Assembly (NCBI GenBank): GCA_965637545.1
Contig: OZ281501.1
Coordinates: 6,882,001-6,946,000 of the forward strand
Direction of reading: 5' to 3'
DNA: 64,000 nucleotides
DNA from: Phallusia mammillata
Lineage: Eukaryota
Part shown: positions 12,001 through 23,100 of the stretch, piece after piece
Layout: each line of letters opens with the position of its first letter
How positions within the stretch are numbered: the first letter of the stretch is position 1
Notes under the pieces: model-generated
Database searches by the model: none
Told to the model about the DNA's origin: nothing
The model's input: only the letters and a program-made list of their open reading frames with translations
Position numbers and translations under genes: made by a program

Positions 12001-15000
12001 CAAAAACAACCAGTCGGAACCATATAATAAACAACTTTGATTAAAGTCACCTATCCCAACTAAAATACAGACTTCAAACAATCAACAACAAGTATCAACC
12101 TGTACGGACATCTACCGTAAACAACAGATGATCGCGTCGTAATAGTTCAAATATTGACAGGATTGTGGCATAAAAATATGACGTCATTTCGTGGTATTAT
12201 TAGGAGAACGGTTTACTTCACTTGTAAACTGGAATTTACGCCATGGGCCATGTGCTGTAGATTCGTCATAAATGTAACAAAAAAAACTCCTTTCTGTTTT
12301 ATGTGATAATGGCTTCTGTGAATCAACTGGTGCAAATCAAACATGAGTCGAGATTAAAATTTACTCTTTGTTCACACAGTGTTTTTCAAGCCGCCTGCGG
12401 ACCGAAATAAAAGCGTAAGCACATTTCATACGTTTTCAATACGGTTTTTTTTCATTAATTTGGTGAATGGCTTTGTTAAAGCAATAGACCGAGATCTTTA
12501 AAAGTTAAGAAAAATCTAGCACTTAATTACGTAAATACCTAATTTGTCGATTTCCAGTCAGTTTGGTTGTAAAGCAAGCTTTTATTGCTGACTTTAGTCG
12601 TTTAACAAATCCGTCCAACAAAAATTACACCCATCGAGGTTGTTTAAATAGTTGCTGTTTTGAATGAAGAAGCATAAATTTTACCATACAATTTCAAGAA
12701 ACGCTGAAATGCTGAACACTTATGGTTTATTTAAACCTATTGCGTCAAAAATCAGAAAAAAAATGTGACAGATAGCATCAACAGGCGCGTCTTTTTCAAA
12801 ATCAAAACGAGCTTTTCCACCAATTCGCCCCCGAGCTATGCAACCTTAGCGTAATGTCGAATTCCATGCTTGACTGATTCATCTTATGTTGACTAATATG
12901 GAAAATCATACGCTTCAGACTGATTATTACCTTCATTAACAATCAATAATGCCTTTCCTTCAATAAGCATCCCATTAAAACGTGATTTTTTTCAAAAGAT
13001 TTGTTTTTTGTTTATTTAGTTTTTGTATTACCATTTCGTAGAAAGGATTGGCTAAACGTTTTTTTGTTTCTTTTTTGTTACTCGCTATTTTCAAACGAAT
13101 AAAACTTTCGCAAATTTGAAACAATTATAGTTTTTGTGGAAAGAAAATCTGTAATCGACAAACCAAATATAACACGTTTTTCTTCAGACAAAACTTTTCA
13201 CTAAGAATTTTACCTCACAACTGGATCATGCGCTACCCATCTCTTCACAGCTTCGTAGACAATCTCCTCACGTGACACGTTGATGTCGTCATCGCTGATG
13301 TAATCAATGACGCGCGTCTTGGGCAATTCCAAAAACTCTTCATGCTAAAAACGTTTTTCCGTGAACTATAAATTGTTTTTCTTGTCAAAATCTTAATTGG
13401 TCTAACTCTAAATTAAATCGTAAGCGCATCACATTTGCTTTTATATTTCATACCCGCAAAACGTTAAGCGATAATGTTAACAGAAACGTGGAGAACTAAA
13501 CGGCTTTTGCGGAAAATGTTTAAAACACAACACCCATTAAAAGCGTAATTTTCTTTATCTATTTGATTCGGAGTTAAAAGAGGTTTGAAAAAATACTTTA
13601 GAAACAAACAACGAGATGGCAAAGAGGGTTTTCGTACCACCACGACGTCTGCAAACTTGTCCATGATGAGTTCAGATGCTTTCTTGAAAAGTTCGGATAA
13701 AGCGTGAGCTTCAGCGAATTCCCGCATACCAATGCAGTTGCATGGATCAAGCTGGGCTTCAAGAAACTTCGTACAAGCTTCACCAAGCGAAGTTATCTGG
13801 ACATGAAAATGTTACACAATCATTATTTGTTGTTCTCAGTACAGTCGAGTAATATATTTGACTTTCCGTACATTTCTAACGTCACTAAAACCAACAAACA
13901 AATCAAAAGCGGGAAACCTATGTGGCTAAAATAACAGCCAACCCCAATACCTACACCTGTGCGTCCATACAAAACCTATATTTACATACATAGTAAAGGA
14001 ATTTTTGTCAATGGCTATAGGTTGGGCAATGATCAGTTGTAGCGGTTTCCTTTGTTATGAATCGATATTTCACCGGGTTGTCAAGGGTTTGTAGTACATG
14101 TCTCAAATTCGGGGCCTATAAATCGTGACAGGATATTGTGGTTCTAAATACAACAAAAGCAACGCGCTTATACGTTAAAAATACTACAGTTCAAAAATTC
14201 AAAAATGTTTTTAGAAAAGCATTTAAATCCCAAGGAGCTTTCATTCAAAAATCATCTAGTTCATTAAAATGATTAAATAGACATTTTTTTAGTTTTGTAA
14301 ACTTTGCGAAATGGACCAATTCGCCAGTTATAGTAGTCAAGCGTTACAATACCGCAAAAAGTTTGACACTTGTGCAACATTTCCATTTCCGAACTTCGGA
14401 ACAGGTTTAGTTATGTGAGTAATAATGAACCACGTTATTACATGTGGAAACGAACGATTAAGTAACGCAGTAAGCCCAGTTGGAATGTTGTGAAGTCGTT
14501 TAATAACAAGGTTCTCATAACAAGGTATTTTGACCCGAGGCTATATGCAACCGGAACTGGCGATGTGCCTAACGATTCGGTAACTTTATGTTTATAGGCT
14601 GTTCGTTTCTGCGGTCATAGGTAACACAGTGTTGCAGGGAATACGTTTAAACCAATCGAAAAGTCCAATTCGCTACAGCGACCCCTAAAAGTCAGGTCGT
14701 GCCAAAACAAAAACGTAACAATTGTTGGTGACAAAATAGTCAACACCAACCACTAAAACCAGTTCACGTAACTTTTTTCACAAGACTAACAAATAATTTA
14801 TTTATAAGTAGGTTACATAGCAAGCTAACCAAATACGAAATAAGAATATATTTTTTAAATGGTAATCTAAAAAAATCCTATTCAAACGTTACACAAGGAA
14901 GCAAAGTTAGTTACCTGAAAAAGATTGGAAGCTTCCAGAAGCAACTGTACGTTATCAGCTGTAATGGAGGCACGTGATGTGTAGAGATAATCCAGCAACA

Positions 15001-15969
15001 AATCCATCACGTCAGCTTGCATCCCGTTTATTTGAACCAACATCTCGCGTGATTCTTTGTGATCGTTGCAGAACATAGCGCGAAAATATCTGCTACCTAA
15101 AACAAAACATAGCTTGTACAACTATTCCAAACATTTGACACGTTAATGCAGAATTGCCAGTACCAACGCTGAAATGGCGAGGTCTTCAAAAAATGTGAAA
15201 TTGTTTGTATTGACGTGTTCTAAACGTGGATACTGAACAAAATGGGCATTTTGTTTCGCTTATTTATCAGTGACTAGTTTCTATAAATTTTGTACCATGG
15301 CACGCAGCTTTTATTGCATGACGGTAAATATATTATGTTCATTCGTTGAAATACGAAGAACTGTTCACGGTAAAGTTGTTGAAACTTAATGACATTTATG
15401 ATATCTTATGTCGACGGATATAATTTCATTTCCCAAATGAAAAGAAAACTTTCATTGCAACGTTTCAAACAACTAGTCCATGTCGGAAAACAATATTCGC
15501 TGGCACGTTAATAACTTTTAAACCAGAAGGCGTTCCCAAGCTTTGAACCACTAGCTGTATGATGTCATGCGTAAGTATTAAAGCTGAAAAGGTAATCCGA
15601 ATGCGTCTACAATTAACATTCATGCTGGGCCAAACCTTACACACTAAAAACCGCAACTGACCACAAACTACCACATTTGTGCGCACGACCAACTTCAAAC
15701 TCATACATACCTGCAACCAACACTGCTCTGTGACATGGAAATTCGCGGTTGGCTGCCGAAAGTATGACGTCGGTGAATAAACCGCTTTGTCTGAGCTGGT
15801 TAAATGTGGTTAGGACCTGACCAGCATGTTTGGTGTTTTCAAATTCATACACCTCACATGTATCAGCACTAAACACATCAGAATCTTGATCGCCGTCCAT
15901 GGCTGGCTTCTTGACCACGGGCGGATTGACACTCATTTGAGAACTTGCCCTTCTTAGGCGCAGAGGCAT
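6096..15969 (-). CDS. KLHL24: Kelch-like protein 24-like (BTB-BACK-Kelch CUL3 adaptor), 9 exons found, 3'-partial
   Basis: Exons 15711-15969, 14915-15096, 13638-13796, 13214-13344, 11584-11735, 10220-10479, 7849-7991, 7650-7776, 6096-6204. All GT-AG and phase-consistent (~507 aa). BTB (FTDVIL..ANREFPCHRAVL..GSRYFRAMF), BACK (LDPCNCIGMREFAEAH), and RTRPRRSTG..VVIVGGYDRVGGYN..FDPVTG.W.SLAKLP.FTKSEYAV, which closely matches KLHL24. The last ~2 Kelch blades were not found. Confidence 0.9.
7330..7549. mobile_element. Degenerate MITE-like remnant (ttcggg-rich family)
   Basis: Ends tagtgtcgggcc / gggcctgccaacac. No TSD recovered. Confidence 0.4.
8413..10039 (+). mobile_element. Internally deleted, non-autonomous piggyBac element in a KLHL intron
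   Basis: TTAA TSD on both sides (8409-8412, 10040-10043), TIR CCCTTTGAGGG. Palindrome ggtacatatatgtacc occurs three times subterminally. Transposase remnants DPMYDRAFKIRPVLQHFNSSF..SVDEHVIKF (~9184-9295) and Cys-rich tail RCKLCTC..RT...CDTYFC...CFKLYHEK* (~9369-9491). Confidence 0.92.
10619..11210. mobile_element. hAT (Charlie/Buster-like) MITE, apparently inserted in an older MITE (~10566-11442)
   Basis: TIR cagtggttctcaaa / tttgagaaccactg, perfect TSD GTATAAGT, tgggtcgcg subterminal repeats. Flanks resemble the gttgtaag.ggg...gcttac.actctg family also seen at 39562 and 62592. Confidence 0.92.
11305..11428 (+). repeat. Exact 62-bp tandem duplication
   Basis: cacaaaaacttcaagtcgggtttcgggcattttctttgggattcgggtaaaagtttcaggac x2. 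Confidence 0.95.
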
Positions 15970-16156
15970 AACATTTAAAGTCAACCGTTGTACGGCAAAT
16001 CGAATCTAATACCACTGCCAGTAATCAGTACAAAACATGTAATTACCCAATTAGCCTTTTTCTTAACCCACGAGCACTTGGTTATAACTGCTGCCAGAGA
16101 AATATCTCCCTGAAATTATTACGAGGCACAAGACAGCTGATGTTGTTTTGCTTTGC

Positions 16157-16201
16157 CACGTGACTTCTTTGTCGTCGCGCACACGCTTCTTTGTGACGTC
16201 A
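16157..16201. promoter_or_regulatory. Putative proximal promoter motifs of the KLHL24-like gene (E-box and CRE)
   Basis: CACGTG at 16157-16162 and TGACGTCA at 16194-16201 in a GC-richer patch ~200 bp upstream of the ATG. Confidence 0.4.
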
Positions 16202-17774
16202 CTGTCTATCGCTACGCTTGAACGCTCAGTTAACGCAGCAGTTTATAACTTGTCGACGACTGTGGTAAAATGGTTTGCGCGACGTTTGCTAAACTGTGTT
16301 CGTTTATTGGTGCAAATAAATCATTGATTTGTCATTTATTAGTGCGAGTAGACAAAACACTGTGGCTTGAGCAGTAAAGTTTTTAGGAATTAAGTTCAAC
16401 AGGTTTGTCACACAACAAATTTAACAAGACCAACTAGGTAAACCTAAATGTATTTCGTAACTGCCTTTGTGAGGTCAACCATACTATGTCAAAAACAGGT
16501 ATAAATTATAGCTGAAACGTTATACCTTTAACCTTGTGAAAAACTAAGTGCTTTGTAAAAGGTGTTTAAATGGTACAAAAAGGCTTCTTAAACTTTGATA
16601 AACGACATCTTCGGGTCAACGATAAATAATTTAAACCAGCCGCTACTGGAGAAAAGAAGCCAACAGTTACGTCTTGTTTAAGTTTCGCCTAATTTGAATG
16701 TAAGAGCCTGTTTAAACTGGACTTGCCTTGTGTTTATTTCACGCTTACCAAATGCTATTCCCAGTCATTCAAGCGTACAGTAGTTGATACACACACATTA
16801 AATATTTAGATCGAAATTTGGTGCGAATGTTTACGACTGGAAAGAGGCACCTTGTAATAAGCTCAACAAAACTTCCTTTTAACTTTGGACTAGTAAATGT
16901 TGATACATAAGCGTTACAAGCCTGAGAACTGAACCTTTGTTAACAAATAGATAAATAACAAAATCAATAGTATTCTAAAATCTAAGGAACTAACTTTCAA
17001 AGAATAGCTTATTCAAACTTTAGATTTCCAATCTCTCAGAAATTAAAATTGGCTGCCTGGCTAGTCCTGTGTATTTCGTATAAGTTACACTAGTCGAGTC
17101 TAATAAACAGTACTGGCGTCTTTGCCTGCTGCGGTAATGGATAACGCAGTGACTGCGAACTATTTCTATCCAGGCGCGAATGTGTGAATGTCTGCGTTGG
17201 TGTCACGTGACGATAGAGCGACGTTCGCCCCAGGCGCAAGACGTTTAACCGCAATTCCACAAACTGGTTCGTGAGTTTGGAAATAAACGTGTTTTTGGAC
17301 GGTAATTCATGAATATGTTGATATTTGGTTAAAAGAAGAAGTATTTAAACTCCAAAACGCAGTTGTTACCTTAGGTTCAAAAAAGTTTTGAAGTGTCAGA
17401 AACAAATTTGCTTCCCAGAAAAACTGCTTTGGCGCAGTACATACTGACGATCACTGTTTGACATTTTAAACTCGAAATCAATGGACTTTAATATAAAATT
17501 AGTCAGTTATAGACAAAGAAAATATATATTTTGCTTGTTCGATATTATTAACGTCGGATGATTGCAAATCACAAATTGACATATAAATCTACAAAGTATC
17601 AAGTATACTATACCTGCTACCAAATAAGATATCATAATTTTTTTTTTTAATTCATTTGATGGGTAGCATCATCTAGCGGCTATATGATCAAACGGTAAAA
17701 AAATATTGCTCAAGGTAGATCTACAGTGCTGTGTAGACAAAAACATACATACTTTGCGAATAAGGTAGGCAAAA

Positions 17775-18236
17775 ACCTGGCCAATGGTCTAGGGGTCCGC
17801 AAAGCGTTTTCAGGGGGTCCGCGACAACTTCCTAATTTTGCAGACAACGATATTAATAAAGCGCTATTTAAAAAAATATGTCTCAGCGTTTTAAAATAGC
17901 ATGAAACTTGTTTAAAATCGTTCTTCATAGGCGACAAACCAAAATGCATTGTGATATTTTAGCCCCATTGTGATGCAACAGAGGTAAATTTTCAGTGGCA
18001 AACAACGTCACATCACAATGTAATGGCTCTTTATTATTGAGTTCCGATGTCGCAGTGCAGTCAAAGTGATTGAAATTTTGGTCCTGGACCAAACGTGGTT
18101 GGTATATTCTGCACCTTTTTGGGTTGCTTGTTAATAAAAAAGGACAAAAAATACCAAAACCTCCATGGGGGTCCGCGATTAGCTTGACAGTACCAAAAGG
18201 GGTCCGCATCAAAGGCAAAAAGGTTGAGAACCACTG
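17775..18236. mobile_element. Partial hAT-like MITE
   Basis: Right end aaggttgagaaccactg and four ggggtccgc subterminal repeats. Left end is approximate. Confidence 0.55.
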
Positions 18237-18925
18237 CTTTAATATATGCTTACGAAATTAGCTCGCTTACAGGAAGTCAAATAGTCAAACGGTTTGATTC
18301 AACTGGATTGCCAAATCACGTTTGGACTTGTAATATTTCCTGTTGCAGTTAAACGTGTACATTTGATCGAGCTGTGTGCTTTGTATTGTGCTGTGACTGG
18401 GTGTTGCTATTGTGCAGAAATTGTATGAGACTTAATCGCAAATACACAGTTGTAGGCTACATGTGATTTAACGCCATGTACCCAGAATTTATAAATCGCG
18501 CCGCTGATGTAATTTCTCACTGCAGTTTTACCCCAATTGCTTGCTTTACAGTAATAATGCAATTGTTTGCCAATAAAGCTTAAGTGAAGGTTGTAATTTC
18601 TACGTGTTTTTTTCTTAACATTCTTTTTGAATAAACATGCTGTTGCATAAGACAATAAACAAACTGAGGTGCAAAACCCTTGTCTATCGAGACTCACGAC
18701 ATTAATTGAACATCAAAAACAAAATTTGGAAATTGAAGATGAAAATACAGGTAGCCTTTATCTACCGCAAGTATAATCGCCTGTCTGGCCTCCACTGTTT
18801 TTTCGACAGAAACCTGTACAAAGACTTGTGCGCTATATTATTCAGTCTTGTGGACTATTTTGAACAGAAACATTGCCATGCAAATAGGTTCATTCCTTGA
18901 CCATCGAGGTTATATTACTCTAACG

Positions 18926-19608
18926 CAGAGGCGGGCAACATACGGCCCGGGATTTTGAGCGGCCCGCAGACAGTTTCTGGTCTTACATGATATAACGTGG
19001 CCCGCGGCCACAGTCTGCCGAATCCCCCACTACTTGCTTACTACGTCAAATTATAGTTGTAACCAGTGTTTTTTTAAGGTGTTTTGGGGGACCGAAACGG
19101 TCCCCCAAATTTCTCCAGCGGTTTCCCAAAATTTGCCAGTAGCCTAATAAATAATTCGTTTAAGCAAATATGGCTATTTTTTGGTATTTAAATGAAACAC
19201 TTGCGGTCTCTTAAAACTACTTAGCGGTCACCCAAACCAAACCTTAAAAAAAACCTGGTTGTAACAAACAGTAACGCTCCCCAGTAACAAAAGAACTTTC
19301 CCGCCGTTGTTACCATTGCACCATACATCCATTGTTACGACATAACTGCCAACCTTGTGTGTGGCCTGCTTTCACGGCTTCCTTTGTTTCCACACGTGTA
19401 GCCTTACTAGCCTAGTTAGTGTTTCACCAGTATCTAAGTCTGTGGTGTATGCATTAAATTTGCTTTGGTGAATAATTTTATGTGGTCAAAAATCCGTTTT
19501 AAATCACTGGAGAAATACGCGATTAATGTATCGATTCACGAATCCGGCCCGCCAAGTACTTCATTTTTCCATATCAGGCCCGCCGACTGGACAAGTTGCC
19601 CGCCCCTG
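18926..19608. mobile_element. hAT (Buster-like) MITE hosting a nested MITE
   Basis: TIR cagaggcgggcaac / gttgcccgcccctg, perfect TSD CTCTAACG, ggcccg repeats. Confidence 0.92.
19064..19257. mobile_element. Nested hAT MITE
   Basis: TIR cagtgtttttttaaggt / accttaaaaaaaacctg, perfect TSD GTTGTAAC (19056-19063, 19258-19265). Confidence 0.9.
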
Positions 19609-20141
19609 CTCTAACGTATAGCTTCAATCAACTGATAATTCGAGATCTAGACGAGAATGATCTTTGTCACGATCTATAGACTAGTTTATTGACATAAGTA
19701 CTGTGTTCTTGGCATATTATGGCGACCTTTCACTACACCTTTGTCCCCACAAATTTAGTTATTTCTGCTTTAGTTTAAGCTTTTATTAATAAAATATCAA
19801 ACTTTTTAGTAGCTCATATTCGTCTGCCTTTATGACTTGTTGACTGAATTTAACAAACAGAATATTGTAGTTATTTTTTATTTAGTAGGGGAAAAATAAA
19901 AATACAAAAATGATCAAAACACAAAAACGACAGCATGATTTCAGAAGACATTTAGGGGGGCGTTAAAAAAATCATCACACATGATTGTAGTCAGATTTCA
20001 GCATAAAAAGCAAAAAGAGGTTGTCAGCCAATAAACGGTACAAGTCGCCATTGGATGGCAAATGATGTAAAAATGTTGAAGAAAAGCAAGAGTTTGGAAC
20101 TCATTTGGGTTAAAAGCGTCATTTAGAAAAACGTGACCCTT

Positions 20142-23100
20142 TTATGTATCAATCAACTGGTCAATGTCGTCGATAATTTGCTGTGTCTCCTGCATGGTGA
20201 CCTGACCGTACTGCGTAGGGGTCATTGACCTTGTATGGAGGTCATCGGCACGAGATGAACCCTGAGCGACGGCGAGAAAACGTCGGTGCAAGAGTTCACC
20301 GTGAAGCGATGCAGTAGAACGTCTTTTTGTGATGTCACTTTTCGCAGAAGGACTAGTGCAACGATTTAAAGGCGCATATGTGGGATAATATTCAGGTTGT
20401 TGCTGCTGCTGTGTCTGTGCTACTGTATTGTGTCCGTCGTGGAAAAGGTCTGAGGCTGAATGCTGGCGTTCGACGTAGCTCTGCGTGGGTACATAGGATG
20501 CTGCACTCTCGTATGTGTGTCCATGCGGGAGCGAGCGCGAATCCATGCGATGCTGGTAAGGCATGGTGTAGCTATGAGCGTACATTGAGTCGCTGTAATA
20601 AGGATTGCTTGAATAACTTGGTTCAGTCAGATAGCTTTCTTCAATTTGTTCGTCCGTCTGGTTTGAGAGAACTGAATGCAGGGGCTGGGTTTCTCGGATT
20701 GTCTCTAAGCCGCATGGAGTCATTGGACTGCTACTGATGATTTGCTGATAGGCGTATGAAGGGGTGTTTGCGCGCCTTGGGTCAACGTAATCACCACTGG
20801 TGGCTGGTGCGTCTGTTGGGATTAATCACAGAAATTGTAACCACATGTTTTTTTATATACAACTTGTGAATTAAGGATCGCTACCTGCTACATATGTCAT
20901 TTTCACCAGCTAGACATTGCGTATTGCTGAGATCAATGTTAATGCGTATGCATACAATTGAGATTAATTCAATGCTAGTCCGCACACCACTAACTGCAGT
21001 GAGTGCTTAAAGATGCGTTGATATCTGTAATTTATATACGATATATTTCGATTAACTTACCGTAAACTGGAAGCCAGCATTTATCACTATGGCCGATATC
21101 CAAGCAGCTCTGTGTGCAATGAGGTCCGAGGTTGCTGCTGTCGTTCATTTCCATAATAGCAACGTCGCAAGGTTCGTTATGGTAGTGAACTACGACCGGT
21201 TTTGGATGTTGCTCAACAGCTTGCATTGATTCTGAAATCAATAAGAAATTTAGCAAATAGGCACAAAAAGATCATTGCACATTTTTTCCAGTAACACAAA
21301 ATTTGGAAGCTACTATTTTGTTGACAAAGGCGCAGATGCTTATTATGAGAATAACTTTTAAATTTTACCTTTGTCCTCATAACTGCCTGTGTCGTGGTCA
21401 CTGTCCCCTCTGCCGCTGTCTCCATCGACCTGTTGCGCCACCTGGTGTAAGCTGTCTGATCTCAAGTTGGGCTAAAGGAAATAAAAAATATATATATATG
21501 TATCGAAACAGCAGTTTTTGGTTATCAATACATTTGCTTTGAAAATTTGTAAACATTTGCAAATTTGTTTTGGTGTTTACCTTTGAGAAACTTGTCATTT
21601 TTCTTTCGATAGTGCGTTGACTTACGTTGGATGAGCTGTGTGATATCTGACATTTCACCAATGGGTCTTTCACGTCGCTATACAACCTAAAATACAAAAT
21701 TTTTGTTAAACACCATATCTTGCAATTGTTTCAAAAATTTAAAACAACAATTTGACAAAAAATATTTGAATACGTTATCTGGTCGTTTTTGGTCGAATAG
21801 TGAAATTTGTTTCAACTTGCCTTTTGTCTCCGTTTTGACTCCACCCCACACTGTTTAAGTTAGAATCGCGCGATGACATCATCTTGGCTGTTGACGCAAC
21901 GCCTACGTCATTAGTGAGCGTGCCCTGACTGGCGCTTAACTTCCAGCCTTTACGGGTTTCTGCACTTCGGCAATTGTAAGTCCGTATTTCCTAAACATAA
22001 AACACCATTTAGTTTCTAAATTTGCAGTTTTCATAAAATAAACCCTAAAACATTCATTTAGTAGTGCAGCGCACACATTAAATCGCACAAAACACGATTT
22101 CATGTAAATCAGATTTTAAGCATTTGTTCAATACTTAACTTTCAAAAAAAAGTATTTTTAATTCGGCCTTTACAAAATACATTTTTTGGTCCAATAAACT
22201 GTTTTGTAAACTTTGTTGTCGTTCACTGAAATTTCTTTTTAAAAAAACTCCAACAAGACAGCTGGGTTATTTCCCAAACTTACTTTGTTTTCCCGTTTAC
22301 ATCTCACTGCCACACCGGTGAGGACAATAATGAGAAGAACAGTGGCTGCAGCGAGTGATGCAATCAGCACAACCGATAGATCTCCAGTGGCCACATCTTC
22401 ATTCAGTCGCTTTTGCATGGAGATGATTTGGTGCAATGGAAGATCAGTTACCTTGACGTTGAGAATTGTGAACCCAGCTGAAGGAGGGACGCCGGAGTCT
22501 TGCGCCTGTGATAAAGTTCATAGGTCAGTAAAGTTACAGTCGGTAGTGGGCGATAAAGAGGATGTGGAAAATGCAAGGAAATGTTCGGTTACCTAAAAGG
22601 TGTTGTCAGTACAGCTGGCGACAAAGTTTATTTGTCATGTACTGGCTCTGTGCTTTTATATTTGTTAATTTGATTTTTGGTAAATTCAGATTATAGTTTT
22701 ACCGAAAAATGCATTTTGCAGTTTTTTATGTACGTTTTAATGTTTTATTTGAAGCCTATTTTGGCCCTTTGCAGCTGGAGCAACTATTATATAAGATTTC
22801 AGGACTTCACTAGCAAAGTTATGCTCAGCACAAAAAGGTCTGTATTGAAAAGGTCTTATCATTTTTTGTTTCGTTTTTAATCTGTAATTATGATTCTTTA
22901 CCTTAAGAGTGATGTAGTGATCACCAAGCATAGTATCCAGATGTGGGTTGCTAAAATTGAGACGCAATGCACCCGTTTTTGGATCAACAATGAATTTTCC
23001 TCCAGCTCTCGTCTTTTTACCATTCTCCAATGAAATCGAGTAACGAATTTTTTCTCCATCTCTATCCATTGCCTAAAAGCAAAACAAAAGACGATTAATG

